Part shown: one piece after another, positions 25,872 through 41,321 of the stretch
Numbering within the stretch: the first letter of the stretch is position 1
Layout: each line of letters begins with the position of its first letter
Origin: Malacoraja senta
Taxonomy: Eukaryota
Assembly: GCA_038087875.1 (NCBI GenBank)
Contig: CM075988.1
Coordinates: 16,680,001-16,744,000 of the forward strand
Length of the DNA: 64,000 bases
Direction: 5' to 3'
Made by a program: the position numbers and the translations under genes
The notes under the pieces: model-generated
The model's database searches: none
Seen by the model: only the letters and a program-made list of their open reading frames with translations
What the model was told of the DNA's origin: nothing

Positions 25872-26840
25872 CAAAGATCCTATAGAAGGAGCAAAATTGA
25901 CCACTCCTTCTAAATGCAATGGGCTGACGTGTAGTACGCAACGGAGCGGAACGTGGGCCTTTTTTTCCATCCATTTCAGTAACCCGACCCGACCCACAGT
26001 GTAATCAACGTTGCGGGGGAACAGTTTTGTGTTAATAAATTATAATTCCGAAAATGAGGAGAAGATTTTTACCAAAGAACTTTTATTTTTACGAGGATGT
26101 TTCCGTAACCGGCTACCGTCTCCGCACTAGTATCTTTGCTTCACTATGGGATCTTTGGTGCGGAGACGGAAGTCGGGTACGGAAATGGGGCCGAAAATTA
26201 CCCATGAATCTGCCCATGACACACCTGGAGTATTGCGTACAGTTTTGGTCTCCAAATCTGAGGAAGGACATTATAGCCATAGAGGGAGTGCAGAGAAGGT
26301 TCACCAGACTGATTCCTGGGATGTCAGGACTTTCATATGAAGAAAGACTGGATAGACTTGGCTTATACTCGCTAGAATTTAGGAGATTGAGAGGGGATCT
26401 TATAGAAACGTACAAAATTCTTATGGGGTTGGACAGGCTAGATGCAGGAAGATTGTTCCCGATGTTGGGGAAGTCCAGGACAAGGGGCACAGATTAAGGA
26501 TAAGGGGGAAATCCTTTAAACCGAGATGAGGAAAAACTTTTTCACACAGAGAGTGGTGAATCTCTGGAACTCTCTGCCACAGAGGGTAGTTGAGGCCAGT
26601 TCATTGGCTATATTTAAGAGGGAGTTAGATGTGGCCCTTGTGGCTAAAGGGATCAGGGGGTATGGAGAGAAGGCAGGTACGGGATACTGAGTTGGATGAT
26701 CAGCCATGATCATATTGAATGGCGGTGCAGGCTCGAAGGGCCGAATGGCCTACTCCTGCACCTATTTTCTATGTATCTATGTATGACCGTACTACGTCTT
26801 TTTCGTCGAGTGATCGATCTTGCTCGCTATAGGATCTTTG
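25872..26840. mobile_element. Non-autonomous DNA transposon (probable 8-bp TSD; hAT- or P-like), interrupted by CR1
   Basis: TIRs caaagatcctatag..gagcaa / ttgctcgctataggatctttg; flanks cttggcaa / cttgacac (6 of 8 match). Confidence 0.7.
26221..26784 (+). mobile_element. Young CR1 LINE 3' fragment nested in the DNA transposon
   Basis: HLEYCVQFWSPNLRKDI...; nearly identical to 45610-46187; atgac at both junctions. Confidence 0.92.
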
Positions 26841-27212
26841 CTTGACACTGGGATTCCTTTGTAGGTCCACACAGACAAAGTTCGACAGCAACATGTGAAC
26901 AAATGAGCAGGAATGAAATCATTCAGTCTGAAGAAGGTTCGCGACCCGAAACATCACCCATCCATGTTCTCCAGAAATACTCCCAGACTCGCCGAGTTAC
27001 TCCAGCACTCTGTTTCTTTTTTGGGACAAGGATGGAAAGGTAAGAGAACCTTAGATGAGGAGTAAATTTGGTTACAATGAAAAAGTAAGCATATGTAATG
27101 TTTAGGAAGATTAGATCAGTTAGGGCCTTTTAGGGGTAACAGGAAAGCACAACAAAAAATCAAACAGGGAATTAGAAGGACCCACGGATCGGTAAATCAG
27201 ATGAAAGAAAAT

Positions 27213-27428
27213 GACCTCCAATTTCAGGTAGTCCTTGCTTTCTCCCGTTTTCCCCTCCCCTTCCCAGCTCTCCCCCAGCCCACTGTCTCTGCCTCTTCCT
27301 TTCTTCTTCCCGCCCCCTCCACCCCCACATCAGTCTGAAGAAGGGTCTCGACCCGAAACGTCACCTATTCCTTCGCTCCATAGATGCTGCCCCACCCGCT
27401 GAGTTTCTCCAGCATTTTTTATCTACCT
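27213..27428 (+). mobile_element. Penelope-like 3' fragment with a perfect 11-bp TSD and a hammerhead-like motif
   Basis: TSD tgaaagaaaat (27202-27212 / 27429-27439); near-identical to 6445-6664. Confidence 0.75.
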
Positions 27429-29399
27429 TGAAAGAAAATCCAAAGGTACTTTGTACATATAATTTAAAAAAGAGGGTATCTATGGAGATGATAGAAACAT
27501 AGAAACATAGAAACATAGAAAATAGGTGCAGGAGTAGGCCATTCGGCCCTTCGAGCCTGTTCGATATGGTCATGGCTGATCATCCAACTCAGTATCCCAT
27601 CCCTCAGTATCACATGATAAAACCACTCATAAACAAAGGAGGGGATATGAACAGAGTTAGAAGACATAAGCATGGGACTAAACAAGTATGGTGCATCTGC
27701 ATTCATCAAGAATCTTTTTACCACCGTGGAAATGTAAGACATGCCTTACCGTGAGAGGGGAAAAGTTTAGCGGAGATGAGTGAGGCATTTCCTTGACACA
27801 GAGAGTGGTGGGTGCCTGCCATGGGTGGTAGAGGCAGATATGTTAGCGGCATTTAAGAGGCTTTTAGAGAGACACATGGATATGTAGGGAATGGAGCCAT
27901 ATGGCAGGCAGAAAGATTAATTTGGTATCATGTTCGGCACAGGCATCGTGGGATGAAAGGTCTGTTCCTGTGCTGTACTGTTCTATAAATTTAAGAACAG
28001 TTGGGTTACGAATAGTTTTCGATAACAAAACCCTGACGTACTTCCAAACGACAAAGGAAGAAAACCTATCTTTTTAAATATTAAATAATTTAACAGAGGA
28101 TAAAACAAGAGCTGTTTGACAAAAATTATAGGCTGACTATGATTGGACAATTCTCATTAATATTGAACAACAGGTGCATCAAATAACTGAACTTGATATA
28201 CAGGTAATTCATTACTTATTTATATATATCTATACTTCATTTTGATGGGTTTGAGTTGCCGGGATTTTTTAGGTCCGGAAGTTTGGAAAGAACTGGCATT
28301 AATATCTTCTCGATGGATTAATCCAAAGTCAGAATTCCCGACATCTATAACCATCAGAGTTTTAGAGATTCATGGACATTTCTGAGGATGTGGAATTAAA
28401 TTATATATCTATTCCCTGGAGCATGTCACCATCCCACTTTGAAAGTTTTTAAAAAGCTCTCTCTCAACAATGAGTAGCTCCCCGTCATATAGATCATTTG
28501 GTCTTTATGATGGATTATGAGATATGTGGGAAGTAAAAATGGAATTTTGTGTGTAGCTTTGCCAAACAAAGCTACAAATCCTGCATCTGGGTCTCCAGGC
28601 TGCCTGGTGCGCTGGCAGACTTTAAGAAATGTTATCGCAGTTCGAACAATCAGCAAAAATTCGCACACAGCTTAACCCCAGGACTATCAAACTTGGTTGG
28701 GAAATTAATGGGCAACTCTGGATTTGAATTATTGCCTTGCACAGATGCTCGGTAGAAGGGTATGTCTGGAAACTCTGTCTCAGAACACCCATCTATTTGG
28801 TTTTATACAAGTGAAAATCAATTCCTTTCCTGAGCGGAACATGATATCGACCGCTTCCAAGATTTCTTCGTGCAATTCTGGAAATTAGAATGGCTACTTC
28901 CAGATGGGAATTCTCCCCTAGTGTGTTTGACGGGATCTCCACATCGGTCGCACACAGAATGATGTTTCCCTTTGCAATGTTTCTCTGGTTCCCTGCTGCC
29001 CTGCATTGGAGAAGCCAAATGCGGACTGGTGATTGTGTTGGGCAGCATGGTGGCATAGCGATAGAGCTACTGCCTTACAACGCCTGGGACCTGGGTTCGA
29101 TCCTGACTAGGTGTGCTTGTCTGTACGGAGTTTGTACTTTCTCCCGAAGACCTGCGTGTGTTTTCTCCGAGATCTACGGTTTCCTCCCACACTCCAAAGA
29201 CGTACAGGTTTGTAGCTTAATTGGCTTGGTACAAAGGTAAATTGTCCTTAGTGTGTGTAGGATTGTGTTAATGTGCGGGGATCGCTGGTCGGTGCGGACT
29301 CGGTGGGCCGAAGGGCCTGTTTCCGCGCTGTATCTCTAAACTAAACTAAACTAAACACCTCAGCTCTGTCCACAAGGTTGACCCTCAGCATCAAGTCAT

Positions 29400-29710
29400 C
29401 TGTCACTTTAATGCCTCATCCCACTCTGACCTCTTTGTCTTTGACCTCTTACACTGTTGCACTGAAACATTGAACCAGTAGGGGTTTGAGGAACAGCATC
29501 TCATTTTCCATCTAGGCTCCTCGGAGTTGATACTGAGTTTTCTAAATTTTAGAAAACCAGCCTTTTCTGAAGCCACCAGTCAGAAGATGGGTCCCTTCCT
29601 TCCACCTCATCTGTCCATTTTCCTCCCCAGATGCTGCCTGACCAACTGAGTTCCTCTAGCATTTAGTGCTGTGGTCAAGATTTCCAGCATCTGCAGTTCC
29701 TTGTGTCAGC
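29400..29710 (+). mobile_element. Degenerate Penelope-like ORF end plus terminal-repeat remnant
   Basis: Remnant HFN..SHSDL...EEQHLIF.LG...EFSKF resembles a PLE GIY-YIG C-terminus; followed by the cagatgctgcctgacc..ctgagtt motif. Confidence 0.5.
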
Positions 29711-32195
29711 TTTCCTGGTGATAGGTTATCAACTTGAAACTCTGGAGACACAAAAGTTTGCAGATGCAGGAAACTGGAGCAAAAAAATTGTGTTGCTGGA
29801 GCAACTCAGCAGGTCGAACAGCATCTATGGGGAGAGAAGTTGTCTCTGGTTGAAACCCTGCATCAGGACCCAGAAAACTCATCAGTTCTCGTGCAGGGTT
29901 TTAAGTCGAAATGTTGACTATTCCTCCCCCATCCCCTCTCCATCGCCCCACAGATGCTGCTCAACCTGCTGAGTTCCTCCAGCAGTTCATTTTTAACTCA
30001 AATCGCTGCCTATCCCTTCACGGGCTTTGACATATATCTTTTCAGCATCCTGTTTTTATTTTAGCTTGCCAGCATTTGCAGTCATAGAGTCATTCACAAC
30101 AGAAACAGGCCTCCAGCCCAACTTGCCCTTGCTGACCAAGATGCCCCATCGAAACATCCCATCTGCCCACGTTCGGCCCATATCCCTCTAAACCTTTCTC
30201 ATCCATGCATTCATTTACCTGATTTAGTGGAATCAAAAACAAGAGGACATATGTTTGTGGAATTCCCTGCCACAGAGGGCAGTGGAGGCCAAGTCACTGG
30301 ATGGATTTAAGAGAGAGTTAGATAGAGCTCTAGGGGCTAGTGGAATCAAGGGATATGTGGAGAAGGCAGGCACGGGTTATTGATTGGGGACGATCAGCCA
30401 TGATCCCAATGAATGACGGTGCTGGCTCAAAGGGCCGAATGGCCTCATCCTGCACCTATTTTCTATGTTTTCTATGTTTAAGGTAAGAGAGGCAAGTTTG
30501 AATAGGAACTTAAGGGGCAATTTTTTCACTCAGATGGTGGTAGGTACATGGATCGAGCTGCCAGAGGAGGTAGTTGAGGCAGGTACTGTCATAGCATTTG
30601 AAGAACACTTGGATAGTGCATGAATAGGAACGGTTTAGTGGGATATGGGGCAGGAGCAGGCAAATGGGATTATTTTAGATGGGACATCTTTGTCAACATG
30701 GACAAGTCGAGCTGTAGGCCTTGGTTCCATGCTGTCAGACTCCATACAGTCTTTTATAATAATCCAAATGTTCTATTCTTACCATTAATAATTCTAGCTT
30801 TAAATTCTCAATTCATTTATTTAAATGAGTTTGAACCATGGTGGGATTAGAAATAGTTTCCAGATTATTAGTTGAGGTGTCAGGATTATTGACATAATAA
30901 CATAACTACTCAGTTTTATTTCCTTCCTGCTGTAGATTATCCAAACTGTGATAACTCATCAATATGACTCAACTGAACTACACGCTGACAGCAAGCAAAA
31001 AAATAAATGATCTCTGCAGTGTGCAAAAACATAGCTACTATGTTCCATTATAAGATAAGACATAAGTGTTATAGACAGGTTATTGACCTTTACAAATCGA
31101 GCTGAATGTAACAAAGCAGGCTCCATTTTTGTTAACAACTTTTGCAAGCAATTGTGTTGTCCTTGTAAAGATAAGATGCTTGCAACCAGGTCGATTCTGC
31201 AGCGTTGACTGAAACACATACCATCAAGCAATGGCACAACCCAACTCCCTGGTAGATGGCCTCTCCCCGCAAGCATTCTTTTGAACGCCGATTATCTAGT
31301 GACCTTGGCCTGAAGCGACCTGCACTTAGCTGTTGACGGCAGTTACGTTGGCATGTCGGCCTGCAACTAGCAGAACGACGATATCCATCTGGTCACCAAA
31401 AGCAAAATAGAAACTCCGTTCCCTGAAGAGTTGATGACATGATTTTGTGAAACGACAATAACCAGAACCATTTGTCCGTTATTGCGTCAATAATCCAGAA
31501 ACCTTGACTAATAATCTGGAAACTAGTTCTAATCCCGCTTGTCCGAAGGTCTGAAGAAGTCAGACATTGTTCAGCGCTTCACTGGACAGGCCCCAAGAGG
31601 CAGCTTCCTCAGTAAGGACTGTATTGAAGACATTAGTGATAGCAAAGGACACTGCATTAACCTGACTGTGGCAATAGACAGGATCATTCTGATAATGGAG
31701 CAAGAGATCACGAGGGATGGCTAATAACTTTGTCCTTTCCAGCACTGCTTGCACCTTGAGAACAATCTAAAAGGAATCCAATTTTCTCCGAAGCCAAATT
31801 GATGACAAGGTAGGTGGATATTGTGTTTGGCGTGTGACAACAGCTGCCCATTCACCATGCAGTGAACAGGACGATGATTGAACTGGTTTGAGCCTGCAAA
31901 CTTTGGACGGCTAAGTGGCACAGGGAATGAAGGTGTCCTCTCCTCCCACTCATGTCATCATGTATCCCAGTCTGATAACGGTCCCCACAGAGACGGCACC
32001 ACTTGGATGCTCTCTATTCCACTGCTCTTTGACTATGGGAAATTGAATGAAACAATGAATATCCTTCAAGGTCAGCTAGGCTGAGGATGATTGATTAAAG
32101 ATGGCCCGCATGGAAAACACTTGGAGCAACTTGATCTAACTGAATGGAGATGAAGTGAAATAATTTAGCATCCAACCCAAGGGGATTGAAGAATG

Positions 32196-32793
<598 letters not shown>

Positions 32794-33127
32794 CTGAATA
32801 AAGAGAGACAATGTGAGCAGAGAGAAAGATTCGGTGAACATCTTTAAATAAATTCAAAAGGAAATCAAATCATTTATTTATGGCAATGATACACCATAGG
32901 CTTGTGAGTAATTGCTGTGTGATCTTTTGCCGGATGCAGAATATTGTGGTGTGTAATACAATTACATGAAGCTGAGGGATGGGTGTTGCAAAGAGGCAGT
33001 GAGTGGGAGAAAATATATATTTTTTAAATGAATGAGACAGAGAGAGAAACAAGTGGTCTGATTTCCTTTGGTTGCGGGGTGCTTATTATAGGTAGACATG
33101 GAAAGGTTTCTGCTGGCAAGTATATGT

Positions 33128-33327
33128 NNNNNNNNNNNNNNNNNNNNNNNNNNNNNNNNNNNNNNNNNNNNNNNNNNNNNNNNNNNNNNNNNNNNNNNNN
33201 NNNNNNNNNNNNNNNNNNNNNNNNNNNNNNNNNNNNNNNNNNNNNNNNNNNNNNNNNNNNNNNNNNNNNNNNNNNNNNNNNNNNNNNNNNNNNNNNNNNN
33301 NNNNNNNNNNNNNNNNNNNNNNNNNNN
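33128..33327. other. Assembly gap (200 N)
   Basis: Run of exactly 200 N; probably a placeholder of unknown true size. Confidence 0.99.
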
Positions 33328-34455
33328 TGCAGGAGTTACTTGAAATTAGAGAAATCAACGTTGATTCACCTGGGTTGTAAGCTGCCTTGTATAAACCAGC
33401 ATCTGCTCTTCCTTCCTACACTACTACATATATCTATGCATCTTTGTGGAGTGTTTTCCATTTATTTTATTGAAACTTTGACTTTTCATGTGCTTATTCA
33501 TCTGTTGGACGAATATGAGCTTTGACTTCAAGGGAGCCGAGATCGATCCTGACCTCACTTGCTGTCTGTGTGGAGTTTGCGCGTACTCCCTGTGGCCATG
33601 TGGGTTTCCTCTGGGTGCTCTTGCCTTCTCCCACATCCCAAAGACGTGGGGGTCTGCGGGTAAATGTGTCTTCTGTAAATTGCGCCTGGCGTGTAAGGAG
33701 TGGATGAGAAAGTTTGATACAATAGAACTAGCGGGAACAGGTGACCGATGGTTGGTGTGGATCCGGTGGGTCCATGCATTATGTCCCAACTAAACTAAGC
33801 TGCCTTTCCTTCTGAATCACAATATCATGGGTCCAGATCCTAGTTCTTGAACCTGATGTCCAGACTGACCCTCCTGTATGGCAGAGAAGAGGCATCTTCC
33901 ACACACTATCCCGCCTGCCCTCCTCAATGGATATGAAAGATCCATGGCTTTCTTCTGAAGAGGAGGGGAGTTATCTCTGTCACAAAATCAGAACATACTG
34001 TACAAACTCAGCAGGTTTTTTTAGTTTAGAGATACAGCACAAAAACAGGCCCTTCGGCCCACCGAGTCTGCGCCGACCAGCGATCCCTGTACACTAACAC
34101 TATCCTATACATCCGAGGGACAATGTATAATCATACCAAGTCGTTGGCCTGCAAACCTGAACGTCTTTGGAGTGTGGGAGGAACATTGGAACACCCGGAA
34201 AAAACCCACGTGGGTCACGGGGAGAAGGCACAAACTCCGTACTGACAGCGCCCGTAGTCAGGAACAAACCCGGGTCACTGGCGCAGTAAGGTGGCCACTC
34301 TACCGCTGTGCCAACGTGCCGCCCAAAATTGTTGAATTCATGTTCAGCTTAATTGCGCTCACGTACGATATGATCTGCCTAGACATTCATAAAGTAACGT
34401 TTGTCTCTATATTTCAGTACAATAACAAATAAATAGCGCTGCCAATCCAGGAGGA

Positions 34456-34771
<316 letters not shown>

Positions 34772-36714
34772 TTCAGGTCACTAATATATATGTTTTTGCT
34801 TTTTGTTTTTATGTACAGTATCTAGCATTTTTCATTCTTTTGTTGGACAATCTCTGGTGTCTGCCCCCAATAATTGTCAATCAATCAACATTGCAAAGAA
34901 CAGCAGATAATCTGGTACATAGGACACCAGTTACTGTGAGTTTTTACTGCGCTCCAATGCTCTCCAAGATTTACTATAATTACAAAGATACTTCATTTGC
35001 TGGAAAAGAGCTCTGAGATTATTTGAAGCTGTGGGATACACATAAATACACTTTAAAGTGAGGTTCTGCCACATGAGGTGTGATTAGAAGGTATTTTATG
35101 TTTTAGTGAGATTGGGTGATAATGTTTGTTTCAAACTAAGGGAGAGTTAGGAGGAAATTTCATACCACTAGAGGGTCATTAATCATTGGAACTCTTTGCC
35201 CAGAGGGTTCTGGAGGTGGAGAATCGAATATATTCAAGATATTTAACTCAGAGGGTGGAGGGTATATGGAACGAGCTACCAGAGGAGGTGGTTGAGGCAG
35301 AAACTATAACAGTATTTAAAAGACACTAGGCCAGGTGCAGGGATAGGAAAGGTTTAGAGGGATATGGGCAAACACAGGCAAAATGGGACTAGCTTGGATG
35401 GGGCATCTTGGTTGGCATGGACAAGTTTGGCCGAATGGCCTGTTTCTGAGCGGTGTGACGCTATGGCATAAGGGATTCAGGGGGTAGGGGAGGAGTGGGA
35501 AAGGGGTTCTAAGTCCAAGGTTGAATCAGCCATGACTATTGAATCCTGGAGGAGGGCAAGAGGGGCAAACTGGCTGACCCCCGTTCCTGTCTCCTGGTGA
35601 GGGTCATCAATCCTCCAGGTTCGCTCTAGAGTTCTGCAGGAATTAACGATTGGTTTCCTGGAGACTGCTGTTGGCAATCCAGGGAGAGGAATCAAACCCA
35701 AATCTGCCAGAAAGAGAAATGAAAACACGTTATCTATCGATAGCTGGATTTCTTCGAGATGTAAACTGCTGGCTGAGGGTGAGACCATCAGAGCTGCCCA
35801 CTGAGCAGCAAAGATCTCCCTCCATTTATTGCAACCCAAGATGAGAGTGGAATATTTTATTTTTAGGGCGAATATTTACGGCCCATTGAGTCCATGCCAA
35901 CCATCCTGGATCTGGATCTGGATCTGGAAAGCTCTAGGCAGAGCACCATTCAGCACTGGACAATTTTATACTGCACAATTTTTTAACATTTTTACAAGTC
36001 AATTAATCAAGCCAATTAAATTACAAACCTACGTCTTTGGAGTGTGGGAGGAAACCGAAGATCTCGGAGAAAACCCACACAGATCACGGGGAGAACGTAC
36101 AAACTCCGTACAGACAGCACCCGTAGTCGAGATCGAACCCGAGTCTCTGGCGCTGCATTTTGCTGTGAGGCGGCAACTCTACCGCTGCGCCACCGTGACC
36201 ATCCATCACCCATTCACACCAGTTCTATGTTATTGCACTCTCTCATCAACTCCATACACACGACAGGCAAATTAGGCCAATTAACCTACAAACCCTTACG
36301 TGTTTGGGATGTGGGAGGAAAACCATACGGTCACAGAGAGAACATGCAAACTCCACACAGACAGCACCCAAAGTCAGGATCGAACCCGTCTGGGGCTCAG
36401 TGAGGCAGCAGCTCTACCAGCTGTGCCTCTGTCTCACCAAATATGTTCTTGGAAGCTTTCATGACGCAATGTTCTGTGTCTAAAAACACAATCGTTTAGG
36501 CTTTCCCCACCACATGCTCACTGCCAAATATCTCCAAGATTAATAAAATGAACTTTTCAAAAAAGGTAAGGTGAGAGCAAAATGTTTTTTCTCGACAATT
36601 TTCCTGCCATGTTGTTTGCAGTCATGTCCCAGAAATGAACCTTTAACCATCTAGAGAATCTTGGGCAAACCCTAAGGATTTCACAGCAGGCCCCTGTGGA
36701 GTGTTCGAGAGCAA

Positions 36715-37625
36715 GGTGATTGAGGAGTCCCTTAAAAGTGGCATCACAGGTAGATAGGCTTCTGGTACATTGATCTTTATCAGTCAGGGTATTGAGTATA
36801 TAAGTTGGGACGTCATGTTGCAGTTGCACTAAGGTCACAATTAGTGTGCTGTGTTCAGGTTTGGTCGCCCTGCTCTAGGGGGGTATCATTAAAAGCCCTG
36901 TCCCACTGTACGAGTTCATTCAAGAGCTCTCCCGAGTTTAAAAAAAAATCAAACCCGTGGAAGCACGTAGAATGTACGTAGCGGGTACGTCGGAGCTCGG
37001 GGACGTCTCTTAGTGGCTCTTAACGCTAACGGCAGGTACTCGGGAAGACATGTTGAAAAATGTCCACGAGAGCCCGAGTACCTGCGAGCGGCCATTACCG
37101 TAAATCTCCGAGTTCGAATCAGGGCAAACTCGGGAGCACTCTTGAATGAACTCGTACAGTGGGACAGGGCTTTAAGTTGGAAAGAATGCAGAGCAGATTT
37201 ACAAGGATGTTGCCAGGACTGAGGGGCTCATAGATGTTGGCCAGGGTAGGACTTTATTCCTAGGAATTCAGGAGGCTGAGGAGTGATCATATAGAGGTGT
37301 ACAGAATCATGGGGGGAATAGTTAGGAAGGATGCACAGTCTTTTATCCAGGTAGAGGAATTTTAAAACCAGAGGACATAGGTTTAAGGGGCAAGGATTAA
37401 TAGGAATCTGAGAGGCTACCTTTTAACACTTTTTGGGGTGTATGGAACGAGCTGGTAGTTGAGGCTAGTACTATAACCACCTGTAAATGACACTTGGACA
37501 GGTACATAGATTAGAAATGTTTAGATGGATATGGGCCAAACGCCGGCAAATGGGATCACCTTGGATGGGGCATCTTGAACAGCATGGATGAGTTGGGCTG
37601 AAGGGCCAGTTTCTGTGATGTATGG
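36715..37625 (+). mobile_element. Old CR1 3' fragment interrupted by a MITE
   Basis: CR1-type cagggtattgagtata..agttggga, then ...atcat[taa MITE taa]gttggaaagaatgcaga...acaaggatgttgccaggact. Confidence 0.7.
36893..37172. mobile_element. PIF/Harbinger-like MITE with TAA TSD
   Basis: Perfect TIR aagccctgtcccactgtacgagttcattcaagag; TAA at 36890-36892 and 37173-37175. Confidence 0.9.
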
Positions 37626-40600
37626 ATCCATTTATTTTCCCCAACTCCATCAACAATAGGGGCAAGTTCCAGTAGACAATTCACCCACCAATCCTCGCGG
37701 TCTTTGGCACGTGGGCTGAAAACGTAGATTGAAGGAAGCCCATGTGTTTTGTTTCTCTCTTCACAAATGCTTTTGACTTGCTGGGTATTCCCTGTATTTT
37801 CCATCGTTACTTCAGATTTCCAGCTGGTTTTCAAGAAGCTAACAATAGGATTGGTTGGCGCTGTCCACAGTAACAGGCAAGATCTGGCTACATATACATT
37901 TCTATCAGAGGCAATTACCTCGGCAAAGTGAACTTTCATACCTGACGAGCTTTTGAGGGTCAATCAACAAGGATTCACTGATCGCAACGCAGGAACTGCG
38001 TGTTACCTGAACAAAGTCTTCTTGTGTAAACTTGCTTAAACTAAACGGAGGAGTGGTGTCTCACTGCAAGATGCACTGACTCTGAGAAATGAGGAAGACA
38101 TGGCCCAGAGGGGATATACAAGAACGATCAATAAGTGTTGCAGCTACTGCTCTCTCCAATATAGATTTATAAAAATAATGAGGATGATACTTCAGGCCAG
38201 AATGTACAGTATAGTTCATCCAATTAATGAGCTCCCCATCCCTGGGTATTTGAGGCCAATTTCTGTTTTAACAGATGCTATTTTAACTCCTCAGAAATCA
38301 ATATGCCGGGTTTTGTGAATTAGCTGTGACACCGCCACACATTACTGGTGCCTCACTCTGACAGGCAACACAGGCCATTATTCCCCGCTCAGTCAAAGCT
38401 GGGAATTTGTTTCAAGTGGATTTTCACATCTACCCCCTAATTTATTTACATTGCCACCCCCCCCCCCTCCCCTTAAATCGCCACCCCCCTCCCCTTAAAT
38501 CAAAACGTGGATTGGAAAACAACAGTCTGAGGTGTAAATCTCAATTCTTCGCCTTTATCCGGAGTGAATCTCCGGAAATACTGAGTAATCGGGCAGCGAT
38601 TTTTCCCCCAATGTTCCCTTCTCCCTCTTACTATCACACCTCGGCATGACATACGAGTTAATTAGAAAAAAACGCTTGAATAACGTTGAAGTAAGGGTTC
38701 AGAAAGGTTTAGAAAGCGGGGCGATAAAAAGGTTTTGGGACAATATATATTAAAGAGGTTATTAAAGATTATATAACCAACTCCTGCTGGCATCAGAAAC
38801 ATGGCCAGAAGCCAAAGTAATTGTCCTCCAACTTCGAGCTTGGTGGAACCTTGTCTCCAAGATGAAACGGGCCTCTTTATCCCTGACACTTTATTAGAGG
38901 TGTGATGCATTTATAGTGCAAATATAATATGATTAAAAAGTAATAATTTGTGAGGATAGTGGCCTGTTGGATACAGAGCCAGCGTTGGCAAAATGGCCAG
39001 AATTTCTCCTTCAAAGCTGCCAGACTTTGTAACCTTCCTGTTCTTATGAAACAAATTCTCGCACAATATATTTGAGCACTCTGAATACTCCATATTATTT
39101 ACATCCCCCAAAACTCAGCATCTTCTTGTCCATAGGTAGACATAAAATGCTGGAGTAACTCAGCGGATGAAGGGTCTCAACCCTATCCCTTTTCTCCAGA
39201 GAAGCTGCCTGACCCGCTGAGTTACTCCAGCTTTTTGTGTCTATCTGCAGTTTAAACCAGCATCTGCAGTTCCTTTATGTCGGGCAACACTTCCTTTTAA
39301 AATCCACTCCTGTGTTTGCTAAACTGTTTGGCTCAGTTTTAAGATCCCATCTTTAGTTTCAGATCTCACCTTCATCACTGCGATCTCCCCCAGCCCGACA
39401 GCTCTCTGAGGTCCAATCCATTCCTGGCTTCTACATCATTGATTAATATCATCATCTTCTCCTTCTTCCTCCTCATTTTCCCCTTGCTCTCCCTCTTTGT
39501 CTGTCACCTCATCCTCAACCCATCCATTGGCCTTGTTGGCCTTCCCATTGACAGCTACAATGCGGCCTCCTCACATCTCCTTCATCTCTGATTTTAAACT
39601 GTTCCATTGGTGACCAAGTCACTCGCCAACATGCGAAGCTCTTAAATTCTCTTCCCAGTTGTCCTGGCCCTCTATTTTTCTTCCATCAAGGACTTCAAGG
39701 GTCCTCTCAGGACTCCCATTATGCCTGTCAAACTCTGTTAGGTAATGCTCCTGTGAAACTCCTTGGGACGTTTACTACACTGAAGGTATTGCATAAATTG
39801 TTGTTGTATTCACTGCTAACCTTGCCATGATTACATTGATTCCGCACTGAGTCTTTATGTAAATCGACCGTGACAATTTCTGAGATGTGATGACAGTAAC
39901 TCTTACAGTAATAAAGCCTAGATTCCAGCCACGTCAACTCCTCGTGCCTCTCCTTCAACCTATCAACAGTGGTGCAGCGGTAGAGTTGCTGCCTTACAGC
40001 GCCAGAGACCGGCCAGAGATCGATCCTGACTACGGGTGGCATGGAAGAGTTGAGCTGAAGGGGCTGTTTCTGCACTATATGACTCAATGACACTAATGGA
40101 GAACTGTGAGGAGCTTACCCGTTGAGTCTGAAGAAATGTCTCGACCTGAAACGTCAGCCATTCTTCTCTCCAGAGATGCTGCGTGTCCCCGCCGAGTTAC
40201 TCCCGCATTTTGTGTCTAGCATATGTAACGAATACTCCCATTTCGGGAAGAAAATCCATTCGATTCAAGCAGCGCTCGTAGGGGACCAGGATAGAGGGGC
40301 TTTGTTAGTGCACCCTGCTCTTGGGGAGTGGAGCAAGAGTGAAAGAGAATTTGGGTATGGACTTACCCAAAATGACAATATACCCACACATCATGATAAA
40401 AGGTGTTGAAACACTGCCCTTTGTTGGCCACAGAGTGCCTTACCTCCCCCAGAGGCCGAGAGAGGTATTGCAAGTTATATCCCAGTGCTCATTTTAAATG
40501 GGTGCCTGTGCCTGTGCCTGTGCCGTTCCCTAAGTCCCACAGTACATTTACGGTCTATTTTCTCAGAAGATCCCTGTACTGGTTCCACAGCTGCTTATCT

Positions 40601-40808
40601 CACCAAAATAACCGTGATGACAGGAAGCAGCAGTGGTTATGCCGGGCAAGCTACTGGAAGTGTATCCATGTCGCCTTACAATTCTAATCATACAGAGGTT
40701 CTAGTATTTACTGGTTTGCTGTATAACAATTATACACTGGGTGTTATGCATTGATTGCCAGCCTTCCAAACTGAGGAGTAAACATCTGTATTATCAGAGA
40801 GATATCTA

Positions 40809-41321
<513 letters not shown>

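Noticed and set aside
33028..33525. ORFs containing X runs
   Set aside because: They span the 200-N assembly gap.
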